32,000 bases of DNA from contig CP012986.1 of assembly GCA_001761425.1 (NCBI GenBank), positions 750,001-782,000 of the forward strand, in the 5' to 3' direction. This DNA comes from Candidatus Saccharimonadota bacterium. Its GTDB lineage: Archaea > Nanohalarchaeota > Nanosalinia > Nanosalinales > Nanosalinaceae. Positions within the stretch are counted from its first letter, which is position 1. Each line of letters opens with the position of its first letter. A model generated the notes under the pieces. That model saw only the letters and a list, made by a program, of their open reading frames with translations, was not told the DNA's origin and searched no databases. The position numbers and the translations under genes were made by a program. Shown here piece after piece: positions 17,352 to 25,556 of this stretch.

Positions 17352-18370
17352 TTAAGTTCTTGTTCAGGGTTGAAGTCTTCTGTTCCGATCTGTTCTATCT
17401 CTACGCCTCCTCCGTTCTCGGCTGCTGCGTGTTCCAGGGCTGCTTCTACGGAGACGTAGCTGTCGTCCATATCAGTGTATTTTCCGCATATCGCAATTTT
17501 TGCCACAGGTTCTTTTTTCAGGTTCTGGACTCTCTTTCTCCAGTCCTTCATCCCATTGTCTCTTTCGGGAAGGCCTAGTTTGTCTGCGACAATTTCGTCG
17601 GCGTTTTGCTCGTCGAATAGAAGCGGTAGTTCGTATACCTGCTCAATATTTGGATCAGAGATCACAGCTTCTTCCGGGACATCGCAGAAGAGTGAAATCT
17701 TTTCGACAGTTTCTTCGTCCAGTTCTTCCTCGCTTCTTCCGACTAACATGTCCGGTGCAAGGCCTGTCTCTCTCAGTTCTTTGACTGAGTGCTGTGTCGG
17801 CTTTGTTTTTTGCTCTCCAGTGGTTTCTAGGAAAGGCACGATTGTTGCATGGATGTGGAACGTGTCTTCCTCCGGTAATTCGTTTCTGAGTTGTCTTACT
17901 GCTTCCAGGTACAGCATGTTTTCGATGTCGCCGACTGTTCCGCCGATCTCTACTGCGACGATGTCAGCATTTTTTTCCTGGACAGATTTTTTCCATGAGG
18001 CCTTTATCTCGTCTGTTACGTGCGGTACCATTTGGACAGTCTTCCCGAGGTAGTCTCCTTCTCTTTCTTTGTCAATGACTTTCTGGAAGATCTTTCCTGA
18101 TGTGAGGTTCCAGTCTCCTTCACCTGTTGTATCGAGAAATCTTTCGTAATGGCCGAAATCCATGTCGACTTCTGTTCCGTCGTCGAGGACGAAGACTTCT
18201 CCGTGTTCATGCGGGTTCATGGTCCCTGGGTCAACGTTCAGGTAGCCGTCACATTTGAGCGGGACGATTTTCTGACCTCTTTCCTGAAGTAGTTTTGAGA
18301 TAGAAGCTGAGATAAGGCCTTTTCCCAGGCCTGAGAGAACCCCTCCTGTTACGAATATCCACTTCGGCAT
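17333..18370 (-). CDS. pyrG: CTP synthase, N-terminal synthetase (amidoligase) part (frame-shifted fragment)
   Basis: MPKWIFVTGGVLSGLGKGLISASI..., DGYLNVDPGTMNP, GGTVGDIE. It ends prematurely at ...ELKDLTAS*, exactly where the GATase domain should begin. Confidence 0.9.
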   Translation of the reverse strand: MPKWIFVTGGVLSGLGKGLISASISKLLQERGQKIVPLKCDGYLNVDPGTMNPHEHGEVFVLDDGTEVDMDFGHYERFLDTTGEGDWNLTSGKIFQKVIDKEREGDYLGKTVQMVPHVTDEIKASWKKSVQEKNADIVAVEIGGTVGDIENMLYLEAVRQLRNELPEEDTFHIHATIVPFLETTGEQKTKPTQHSVKELRETGLAPDMLVGRSEEELDEETVEKISLFCDVPEEAVISDPNIEQVYELPLLFDEQNADEIVADKLGLPERDNGMKDWRKRVQNLKKEPVAKIAICGKYTDMDDSYVSVEAALEHAAAENGGGVEIEQIGTEDFNPEQELKDLTAS

Positions 18371-18406
18371 AATTTATTGGGAGAGGTGTTGGTTAAATAA
18401 CTTTTT

Positions 18407-18679
18407 TCAGCCGAAAAGTGTGTTCACGACTGTGCCCACTATCTGTTCCATGAGGCCTTTTTCTACTTTTTCATCGGTGATCTGGTCTGAGTCTTCTCCT
18501 CCGTACGTGAATTTCTGGTTGTCTCCTTCTCCGTTTTGTGATTCGTTGGCTGTGCTGTTGGAGGAACTGTCTTCTTCTCCTCCGAAGTCGAACAGGTTGA
18601 TCTCTATGCTCAGTGCTGCTCCACTGGCGGTAAGCATTAGGACTGCGAGAACAACAGTAGCTGCTTTCTTTGAATTCAT
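18407..18679 (-). CDS. small secreted acidic protein (90 aa), hypothetical
   Basis: Signal peptide (KKAATVVLAVLMLTASGAALS) followed by a D/E/S/G-rich segment. Confidence 0.5.
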   Translation of the reverse strand: MNSKKAATVVLAVLMLTASGAALSIEINLFDFGGEEDSSSNSTANESQNGEGDNQKFTYGGEDSDQITDEKVEKGLMEQIVGTVVNTLFG

Positions 18680-18701
18680 TATGAATCATTTACCTCTTTG
18701 C

Positions 18702-19514
18702 TTATTTTAAACTTCCGGGAAATTCCTGTTTGAAGGCCTCGGCTACTTCGTTAAGTTGTCTTATCTCGAGTTGGACAGGCCTTTTTTCGGAGTGAGGTAG
18801 CTGGTCTCTGAATTTTTTTGCTTCGTCTTTGGATATGTTGAGGATGTGTCTTGCGTCTACGAAGGCGTTTCTGGTTTTTTTTCTCTTGTTGGTGAACAAG
18901 GCCTTTGTAACGTGGAAAAGTGTTTCAGGTTTTTTTACACCGTGTCTGTCCTGGTTCGGGTAGAGTTTCAGGATGGATGTTGTGACTTCTGGTTCCGGAT
19001 GGTAGCTTCGTGAGGAAACGTCTCTCAGTTTAACAGGTAGAAAGTAGTAGTTTGTTTTTATTGTTATTTCCGTGTACTGGTTATCTCCTGGCTCTGACAG
19101 GACTTTCTCCGCCAGTTCTTTCTGGACGATAACCGAGCTCTGGATCTGTTTTTTCCCCAGTCTTTCGATAGTGTCTGTCGCGATGTGGAAAGGAAGATTG
19201 GAGACACATCTTGTCACTTCATCCGGTATATCGTACTCGTTGAAGTCTTCGTTGAGAACTTCGACATTGGAGGCCTCGAATTTTTTCTTTAGATGAGTGT
19301 AGAGCTTGGTATCTGTTTCAAGAGCATAGACTTTCTCTGCTTTCTCCGCCAGTTTTTCAGTTATAACTCCTGTGCCAGCTCCGATCTCCAGGACCACTTC
19401 GTCCTCTATTTCTCCGGCCTGGACTAAGGCCTTGATGGTTGGCTCCGAGTTAAGAAAGTTCTGGCCTTTTACAGGCTTTATTCCGAGCTCTTCCAGTTTT
19501 TCCCGGGTTTTCAT
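18702..19514 (-). CDS. ksgA: 16S/18S rRNA dimethyladenosine transferase (KsgA/Dim1/RsmA)
   Basis: GQNFL, LEIGAGTGVIT and SNLPFHI motifs. The ATG overlaps the upstream stop (ATGA). Confidence 0.92.
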   Translation of the reverse strand: MKTREKLEELGIKPVKGQNFLNSEPTIKALVQAGEIEDEVVLEIGAGTGVITEKLAEKAEKVYALETDTKLYTHLKKKFEASNVEVLNEDFNEYDIPDEVTRCVSNLPFHIATDTIERLGKKQIQSSVIVQKELAEKVLSEPGDNQYTEITIKTNYYFLPVKLRDVSSRSYHPEPEVTTSILKLYPNQDRHGVKKPETLFHVTKALFTNKRKKTRNAFVDARHILNISKDEAKKFRDQLPHSEKRPVQLEIRQLNEVAEAFKQEFPGSLK

Positions 19515-20047
19515 GACATGAGAAGTTTTCTCTTTGTCTCGCCCTGAAGCTCCTGTTTGATCCTTTTCACGATAGTTTCCCTGGGATCAGGGATGGATGG
19601 AACTCTTTCCTTGATCTCTTTAAAGTTTTCGAAGTCGCCCTGTTCTCTTTCATCGATCAGTTTTTGCATATGTTTTGATCCGATGCCTGGAAGAAGCTCG
19701 AAAGCGTGTCTTCTCGGGGTTACAGGCGTTGCTTCGTTGAAGAATTTTACGAAGCGGTCCTCGTTTTCGTCGACGAGTGCGTCAAGTACGTATTTCAGTT
19801 CTGACTTTGCACTGCCTGTCAGGTCGTCGTATCCGATTCTTTCCTTGATGAACTGGACTTTGTCTCTTTCACCGTCTCCGATGTAAAGTTCTTCGCCTCC
19901 TTTAGGCCTTTTCTCTTCACGCATCACGACCTCTAGGAGGTTGAAGTTTTCAGTACCTATTACCTGAGCAACTCTTTGCTCGCTGCCACCGGACTTCCCG
20001 TGCTCCAGAAAGTCCAGAACCTTCACGTATTCATCTTTATCGCTCAT
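19511..20047 (-). CDS. DUF655-family protein (OB-fold plus helix-hairpin-helix, putative RNA-binding)
   Basis: N-terminal YVKVLDFLEHG... and C-terminal LLPGIGSKHMQKLIDER HhH. Located in the conserved archaeal L21e-RpoF-DUF655-KsgA arrangement. Confidence 0.8.
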   Translation of the reverse strand: MSDKDEYVKVLDFLEHGKSGGSEQRVAQVIGTENFNLLEVVMREEKRPKGGEELYIGDGERDKVQFIKERIGYDDLTGSAKSELKYVLDALVDENEDRFVKFFNEATPVTPRRHAFELLPGIGSKHMQKLIDEREQGDFENFKEIKERVPSIPDPRETIVKRIKQELQGETKRKLLMS

Positions 20048-20082
20048 AATATCACATTATTTGTAGTTTTATCTTTTTCAGT

Positions 20083-20113
20083 ACCAAGGCCTTCAGAATA
20101 AGGAGGCCTCGGT
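20083..20113. repeat. inverted repeat built on two AGGCCT cores (ACCAAGGCCT-11 nt-AGGCCTCGGT)
   Basis: 10-nt arms with 9/10 complementarity, in the 114-nt spacer between rpoF and the DUF655 gene. Confidence 0.6.
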
Positions 20114-20161
20114 GAAGAAAATGAGGGAATCCTTATGTTAAAAGTCTTCCGGGAAAGGCCT

Positions 20162-20497
20162 TTATTCTTCTACCTCGATGCTCTGGCTGATCTCTAGGAT
20201 GTCTTCAATGTCGGAGTCTTCGAGTTTGACTCTTTCCTTGGAGAAAAGGGATCTTACCGTGGACTCGTGTTTGGGAACTGTCTCGAGCAGTTTGAAGATA
20301 TGTTTGTCCTTCAGGGCCTCGATCTCTGAGAATTCGTCGTGAAGCTCTGATAGCGTGTCCAGGTCATGGATTTTTGTGTGTCTGGAGAGGTTTTCCAGTG
20401 CGATTTTCTGTTCGTGGGTAAGATCTTCTTCCTCTCTTTCTTCAAGTAGATTCAGGGCCTCGACAGGGTATGCGTATTCTTCGTCCTTTATTTCCAT
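20162..20497 (-). CDS. rpoF: DNA-directed RNA polymerase subunit F (Rpo4/RpoF)
   Basis: 111-aa acidic protein with the Rpb4/RpoF-like pattern (ALNLLEERE...HEQKIALENL...KHIFKLLETVPK). Position between L21e and DUF655. Confidence 0.75.
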   Translation of the reverse strand: MEIKDEEYAYPVEALNLLEEREEEDLTHEQKIALENLSRHTKIHDLDTLSELHDEFSEIEALKDKHIFKLLETVPKHESTVRSLFSKERVKLEDSDIEDILEISQSIEVEE

Positions 20498-20510
20498 TCT
20501 TTATGCACCT

Positions 20511-20798
20511 TTACTCTCTTTTCTGGAGGTGTACTGGAGGAACCTGAAGCTGTTTCTCAGTGTCTCCGTCCATGAACTTGACCTCGTAGGACTGTCCTCT
20601 TTTTCCTGTGACCGTGACTGTTTCTCCGTGGAATCTCATGTGAGGCCTTCCGTCCTGTACGCTTGGCTCGACCTTGATGAGAGCTTTTTCTCCTTCTTCG
20701 AAGTCCTTGATCTTTTCGTTAACTGTAGTCTTGCTTCTCGGACTGCTTGAAAGCTTGCTCCTCGCTCCATGCTGAGGTCCTCTACTTTTCTCTGCCAT
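20511..20798 (-). CDS. rpl21e: 50S ribosomal protein L21e
   Basis: RGPQHGARSKLS..., HMRFHGETVTVTG...YEVKF...KQLQVPPVHL. GGTGA Shine-Dalgarno 9 nt upstream of the ATG. Confidence 0.9.
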   Translation of the reverse strand: MAEKSRGPQHGARSKLSSSPRSKTTVNEKIKDFEEGEKALIKVEPSVQDGRPHMRFHGETVTVTGKRGQSYEVKFMDGDTEKQLQVPPVHLQKRE

Positions 20799-20861
20799 AC
20801 TAATTTTTCACCTTATAATACGGTTAACGACTCAAAACTTTTTAAATAATGAAGTCAGCTA

Positions 20862-20877
20862 CCGGTGGAGTCACCGG
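20862..20877. other. 6-bp stem / 4-nt loop hairpin (CCGGTG-GAGT-CACCGG) just 3' of the pus10 stop; a T6 tract follows it on the plus strand (20879-20884) and overlaps that stop codon
   Basis: Perfect inverted repeat read directly from the sequence. It lies between pus10 and the L21e promoter region. Confidence 0.5.
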
Positions 20878-20882
20878 ATTTT

Positions 20883-22115
20883 TTACTTGTCAATTCCTAT
20901 GACATCGAGCTGGGTGCATTCAGATTCTGTGCCCAGAAGGCCTTTCACGGATGGTACTGTACGTCCTTCGTCACTGTGGATAAGCTCTTTGATGTATGTA
21001 CCGGCCTCAGCCTTTACTTCCAGGATGAGATGGTGTTCGTCTTCGTATTCCCAGTCAGTTTCAAGTACTTCTCTGACCCTGGTTTTCTCGGCTCTGCGGT
21101 GTTCTACTCTTTCAGGAGTGTCCTGTTCGACTTCGCCGAGAAGGCCTTCAAGTTTCTCAAGGTCTTTTTCTGTGATCCTGTCTTCTGTCTTGATTTTTGC
21201 TCTATAGGTTTTGTTGGCGTGTTTCTGTTTGATCTCCGCTGGCTTGTCGCTGTGGGTGAACTGGAGGTCGAATACCTCGATTTTGTCCGTGGCTTCGTTT
21301 ACTTCTCTCTGTAGTTTTTTCAGATCCAGATCTCTGTTCAGAGGTTCGATCAGCTCGAGTACGAATTCTCTCTTTCCCAGGCATTTGACGTTGATGTCTT
21401 CCCTTCCTGCTCCGTGGAACTTGGCTTCGATTCCTTTAGTTTCCCGGATGAACGGTTCCTGAATTTCTTGTTGTACGCTTGTCGGGTACTGGTATCCTGT
21501 CCAGTCACATTCGTCACAGCCTGAGCCACGACAGTTGTTGCAAGGCCATTCAGTCTGCGGTATCTCTCTGGAATATTTGTTGTATTTTCCATAGATAAGC
21601 AACGAGTTGACCTGTAGCTCGACACGGTCCTTACCGTCTCTCATATCGATAACTGCCATGATATCGGCGCGTTCAAAGTCTACTTCAAGGCCTGTTCTTT
21701 CCTCTATCTTCTTTCCTATGAGACGTGAGAGTTCTGTCTTTAGAGGCTCCGTCCATTCTACCCCTGTTTCCTCCCATAGTTCTTCCTCTTTCTTTACTGC
21801 CTGCTGCGGAGGCCTTATACCTATCAGGAAAGTGTTTAGCTCGTATCTCTCGAAGGAGTCGATCACCATATCGGTGTAGTGATCCAGTCTGGTGAAGACC
21901 CCCTGACAGTATTCACATTCTCCCCCGGTTTCTGCGTATTCAGGTATATTCTCTCTGACGAAGTCGTTTTCGTCCAGTTCTTCTTTTTCCCTGATTATAG
22001 CTCCTCTCTCATAGTTTTCCAGTCCATGACCTAGCTGTGCGAACTGGCGGCCAAGACAGTGGTCACAGATATCTTTTTCAAGTAAAATTTCTCTCTTCTT
22101 CTCTTCCGAAAGCAT
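20883..22115 (-). CDS. pus10: tRNA pseudouridine(54/55) synthase Pus10
   Basis: N-terminal Zn-ribbon/THUMP region (CDHCLGRQF, CEYCQG, CNNCRGSGCDEC). Catalytic region GAGREDINVKCLGKREFVLE and GTYIKELIHSDEGRTVPS. Confidence 0.92.
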   Translation of the reverse strand: MLSEEKKREILLEKDICDHCLGRQFAQLGHGLENYERGAIIREKEELDENDFVRENIPEYAETGGECEYCQGVFTRLDHYTDMVIDSFERYELNTFLIGIRPPQQAVKKEEELWEETGVEWTEPLKTELSRLIGKKIEERTGLEVDFERADIMAVIDMRDGKDRVELQVNSLLIYGKYNKYSREIPQTEWPCNNCRGSGCDECDWTGYQYPTSVQQEIQEPFIRETKGIEAKFHGAGREDINVKCLGKREFVLELIEPLNRDLDLKKLQREVNEATDKIEVFDLQFTHSDKPAEIKQKHANKTYRAKIKTEDRITEKDLEKLEGLLGEVEQDTPERVEHRRAEKTRVREVLETDWEYEDEHHLILEVKAEAGTYIKELIHSDEGRTVPSVKGLLGTESECTQLDVIGIDK

Positions 22116-22140
22116 AGAAACACAAATGTAAATGAACTTT

Positions 22141-22728
22141 TTAAGACCGACCAGTACCTTCCAGCATCCGGATAATCCTCTCGCCCGAAGAATTCTGAGG
22201 CCTCACAAAGCTTTGTTCAAGTCTTTCAGCACGCTGATCAAAGGCCTTACTGTCACTCGCCTTCTTCGCATACTTCAAAGGAGTATCCCTGCCCAGGAAA
22301 AGAGAAGATTTGATCTCAGACGCCAGGACAGCTGCCGAACTATTGTAGGCCTCTCTTGCGTTCTCGATAGCGTACTGGAGTTCTCTCCTCCGTGTCTCAA
22401 CTTCTCCATTTTCCTCATCGAAGTCTTCAAATACGGAATTCATCACTACTTCGGCTTCGAACTTTTCAGGAAGATCATCCAGAGCTTTTTCCATAGAGAT
22501 AAACGCTTCGTAGGCTTCAGGCCATATACTGCCTACTGCTTTCGCCGGGTCCGTGTATGAGGCCTTGGAGTTTTCAAGTGTATTCACTGCGTCCTGAAAG
22601 CTCTTAATTTTTCTGTAGGCTTCTTCTATTTCTGCGTACTCCGGTGCTAGCCTCAGATCCTGGTTTGAGAACTCGCTGAGATCTTCCAGGTCTTCTGGTA
22701 ATCTGTAGGAACTGTATTTTCTCTGCAC
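22141..22728 (-). CDS. hypothetical helical acidic protein (195 aa)
   Basis: ORF with a GTG start 36 nt after the upstream gene. No domain recognised. Confidence 0.5.
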   Translation of the reverse strand: MQRKYSSYRLPEDLEDLSEFSNQDLRLAPEYAEIEEAYRKIKSFQDAVNTLENSKASYTDPAKAVGSIWPEAYEAFISMEKALDDLPEKFEAEVVMNSVFEDFDEENGEVETRRRELQYAIENAREAYNSSAAVLASEIKSSLFLGRDTPLKYAKKASDSKAFDQRAERLEQSFVRPQNSSGERIIRMLEGTGRS

Positions 22729-22764
22729 AGACGTATTTTACTTCTACCTGCCTGTTAAAACTTT

Positions 22765-23298
22765 TTACCTGATCTGGAAGGTTTCCTCTTTCTTAACCCT
22801 CAGGTCTTTATCTGTTTTCTCTATTATCTGGGCTTTGAGGCCTTTTTCAGGAACTATTTTTGCCATAGTGGGGTTTCCTGGCTTTGCTGTTCCTCCGCCG
22901 ACTCCTGTACAGCTTCCCGGGTTTACAAGGATTTTCCCGTCTTCTTCGACTATTTCTTCTTTGTGTGAGTGGCCGTGGAAAAGTATGTCGCAGGAAAGAG
23001 TTTCAGCTGTCTTGACAAGCGTAGGATGATGGCCTCTGGGCGTGATACCCGATCCGTGGTACGCTCCAAATTTGAGGCCTTGTTTTTCGAATGTTTCTGA
23101 GGGTTCGAGGTCCATCCTGTCGCAGTTTCCCTTTACAGCTACAACTTCACCGTATTTTTCTATTTTTTCTTTGAAATCTTTGCTTACGATGTCTCCGCAG
23201 TGGACTATGGTTTCTGCTTCGTTTAAGATACTGTAAAATTTTTCTGGGATATCCTGGGCTCTCTTGGGTATGTGAGAGTCAGATATAACTGCTATCAT
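22765..23298 (-). CDS. YfcE/MJ0936-family metallophosphoesterase
   Basis: Motifs ISDSH, HCGD, GNCD and HGHSH in canonical order. 177 aa. Confidence 0.88.
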   Translation of the reverse strand: MIAVISDSHIPKRAQDIPEKFYSILNEAETIVHCGDIVSKDFKEKIEKYGEVVAVKGNCDRMDLEPSETFEKQGLKFGAYHGSGITPRGHHPTLVKTAETLSCDILFHGHSHKEEIVEEDGKILVNPGSCTGVGGGTAKPGNPTMAKIVPEKGLKAQIIEKTDKDLRVKKEETFQIR

Positions 23299-23388
23299 AT
23301 ATTCATCCAGCTATGAAACAATTTTAAATCAGTGTTCACTAGAGTATAAGGTAGGGAGGAGCGGGGAGACCTAAAGAGGTTTTCCTCA

Positions 23389-23688
23389 TTGAAAAGCAGA
23401 TACGCCGAGAAAATTTACCGGAAGATTTTGTTAGCGGTTTTAGGGACGACCAGAGGCCTCTACAGGCTGAACATTAATTTTCCTTCCCGTTGGAAAGGCC
23501 TTTTTGATACTTTACAGGTTTCCAGTGGTCTTGCTTATTCTACGCTTTCTTCGTTTGATGAAGAGGTTGATGAGGAGGTTCAGGAGTGGGAGACCCGTTT
23601 TGAGAGAAGTTTTGGGGATAAAAAGTTTTACAGTGAGGAAGAACTGGATAGGATCAGTGAGGAGTTTTCCAGGATAGATGTGAGGTAG
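23389..23688 (+). CDS. hypothetical protein (99 aa), weak call
   Basis: Only a TTG start is available in the frame. The C-terminal half is acidic and coding-like (DEEVDEEVQEWETRFE...). Convergent with srp54. Confidence 0.35.
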   Translation: MKSRYAEKIYRKILLAVLGTTRGLYRLNINFPSRWKGLFDTLQVSSGLAYSTLSSFDEEVDEEVQEWETRFERSFGDKKFYSEEELDRISEEFSRIDVR

Positions 23689-23701
23689 TGAGGCCTGTTT
23701 T

Positions 23702-25000
23702 TTAGAAGCCGAGGTTTTTCATCATGTCCTGCATGCCGCCGCCTCTTTTCATAGATCCTTTGTCGAACTTGTCCACCATGTTTCTTGTCTGTCGGTAGTG
23801 TTTGAGGAGTTCGCGGACCTCGTTGTTTGATGTTCCTGATCCCTGTGCTATTCTTTCGACACGGGATTTTTTGATGATGTCTGGGTCGTTTTTCTCTTCC
23901 GGAGTCATGGAGGTTATTATGATGTTGTAGGATTCGATTTTTCCTTCTGTCATGTCAGACATGTTGTCAGGTATCTGGCTTGATGAGAAAGGTAGCTGGT
24001 CCATTAGGTCGTCCATCATACCGCTTCCTGTGACCTGTTCCATCTGCTGCTGGAAGTCTTCCAGAGTGAAATCGCCTTCCAGGATTTCCTCAGGGTCTGT
24101 ATCCATCTCCTCGATCTTTTCAAGAAGGGACTCCAGATCTGGCTGTCCGATCATATCGGAGACAAACTCTACAGGGTCGTAGATTTCCAGATCGCCCATC
24201 TCCTCTCCTGTACCTATGAAAGTAACTTCAGAGCCGGAGTGTTCACAAGCTACCAGTGCGCCTCCTCCTTTAGCGGATGAGTCCATCTTGGTAACGATGA
24301 CGCCGTTGATACCTACAGCTTCATCAAAGCTCTGGGCCTGATCCTTCGCAGACTGGCCGATATCCGCCGGTATAACCAGGTATTTGTTATCAGGCTTGAA
24401 GATATCAGCGATCTCCGCCAGTTCCTGTTTAAGATCATTGTTCAAAGAGTTACGGCCGGCCGAGTCAACGATTCTTACATCAACGTCGTCCAGGGCCTCC
24501 ATACCCTCGGCTACAACCCGGACAGGATCTTCAGCGTCTTTTTCACCGTAGAAAGAAGCACCTGCGTCTTCCGCAACCTGCTTGAGCTGTTCGAAAGCAG
24601 CAGGCCTGTCAGTATCCGCTGCGATAACCCCTACTTTGAGGCCTCTCTTCCTGTAGAAATCTGATAGCTTGCCTGTTGTAGTAGTCTTTCCTGCTCCGTA
24701 GAGACCGGATAGAAGGATGTCCTGAGCCTCTATCTCGACCTCTGCCTCTTCTCCAAGAAGCTCCTCAAGTTTGCTGTAAACTATCTCGAGAACGTGTTCT
24801 TTCCGTGTAAGGCCTGAAGGGATATCGTCCTGAAGTGCTTCTTCTCTTATCTCATCGCTGAGGTCGGATACAAGGCCTACGTCGACGTCTGCTTTGATGA
24901 GGTCTCTCTGTATGTCTTTGACAAGTTCCTCGACTGCTTCTTCGTCAGCTACGCTTCTGCCTGAGAACTTCTGGATGGAGTCCTTGATTTTGTCAAACAT
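23702..25000 (-). CDS. srp54: signal recognition particle protein SRP54
   Basis: N domain, G domain (GLYGAGKTTTTGKL, DTDRPAA, DSAGR, TKMDSSAKGGGAL) and Met-rich M domain. I prefer the ATG at 25000 (MFDKIK...) to the GTG at 25009. Confidence 0.95.
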   Translation of the reverse strand: MFDKIKDSIQKFSGRSVADEEAVEELVKDIQRDLIKADVDVGLVSDLSDEIREEALQDDIPSGLTRKEHVLEIVYSKLEELLGEEAEVEIEAQDILLSGLYGAGKTTTTGKLSDFYRKRGLKVGVIAADTDRPAAFEQLKQVAEDAGASFYGEKDAEDPVRVVAEGMEALDDVDVRIVDSAGRNSLNNDLKQELAEIADIFKPDNKYLVIPADIGQSAKDQAQSFDEAVGINGVIVTKMDSSAKGGGALVACEHSGSEVTFIGTGEEMGDLEIYDPVEFVSDMIGQPDLESLLEKIEEMDTDPEEILEGDFTLEDFQQQMEQVTGSGMMDDLMDQLPFSSSQIPDNMSDMTEGKIESYNIIITSMTPEEKNDPDIIKKSRVERIAQGSGTSNNEVRELLKHYRQTRNMVDKFDKGSMKRGGGMQDMMKNLGF

Positions 25001-25022
25001 GATTATCACTTCATCTTGAAGG

Positions 25023-25031
25023 GTTAAAAAT
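25023..25031 (-). promoter_or_regulatory. TATA-like box (ATTTTTAAC on the minus strand) upstream of srp54
   Basis: Lies 23-31 nt upstream of the ATG at 25000, consistent with a leaderless or near-leaderless transcript. Confidence 0.4.
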
Positions 25032-25084
25032 CAGGTGCTGGCCTGGGATAAGAGCGATGTCGTGCATGGCTCAATGCGTGTCTC

Positions 25085-25104
25085 GAAGGCCTGAACAGGC
25101 CTTC
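25085..25104. repeat. 20-bp near-perfect palindrome containing two AGGCCT cores (GAAGGCCTG-AA-CAGGCCTTC)
   Basis: 9-nt arms are fully complementary. Intergenic, between the 25157 membrane-protein gene and srp54. Confidence 0.7.
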
Positions 25105-25111
25105 TGCTCCA

Positions 25112-25134
25112 GAAGATCAGATTAGCTGATCTTC
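25112..25134. other. hairpin GAAGATCAG-ATTAG-CTGATCTTC (9-bp stem, 5-nt loop)
   Basis: Perfect inverted repeat 8 nt from the AGGCCT palindrome and 23 nt downstream of the 25157 gene stop. Confidence 0.6.
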
Positions 25135-25156
25135 GGTATCTCCGCATCCGGAGTGG

Positions 25157-25498
25157 TTATCCACCGATGTTCCAGTACATGTAGATTGACATTGCGGATG
25201 CTGCGCCGATGAATAGCATTCCGAATCCGAATGTGGAGGCGTCTGGCAGAGGATTTCCCTGGTATGTCCAGTATGTGAATCCGAGGCCTGCTATCATTAA
25301 TGCTGCCATGAACGGGTTTTTGAAGAAGGCCAGGAGGTTCCAGAGGCTTTCCCAGCCTATCATTGAGAAGAAGAACCACGATAGTATGAACAGGACGATG
25401 AGGCCTGATTCTATCTGGGTGAGTTCGTAGGCCTGGTAGGCCAGGTATCCTGCGAGGCCTCCTACTGCTGATAGGATGAGAGCGGTTTTCGGGTTCAT
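25157..25498 (-). CDS. small integral membrane protein (113 aa, about 4 TM), hypothetical
   Basis: Four hydrophobic spans rich in aromatic residues. The competing ORF 25122..25379 is rejected on composition. Confidence 0.6.
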   Translation of the reverse strand: MNPKTALILSAVGGLAGYLAYQAYELTQIESGLIVLFILSWFFFSMIGWESLWNLLAFFKNPFMAALMIAGLGFTYWTYQGNPLPDASTFGFGMLFIGAASAMSIYMYWNIGG

Positions 25499-25556
25499 TT
25501 GTTTAGGTTTGAGTGGTTAAAGAGATAAAAGGTTTTCAGGTCCTTTCCTTGTTGCG

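Noticed and set aside
17333-17360. Programmed -1 ribosomal frameshifting as the explanation for the pyrG break
   Set aside because: There is no slippery X-XXY-YYZ heptamer or obvious downstream stimulatory structure at the junction (AAG GAC TTG ACG). An indel, real or artefactual, is more parsimonious. It is kept as an open alternative in the finding.
17360-18053. Plus-strand ORFs of 72, 192 and 94 aa
   Set aside because: They are antisense to the clearly homologous pyrG synthetase domain.
20865-21314. 149-aa plus-strand ORF and neighbouring plus-strand ORFs inside 20883-22115
   Set aside because: They are antisense to pus10, which has unmistakable family motifs.
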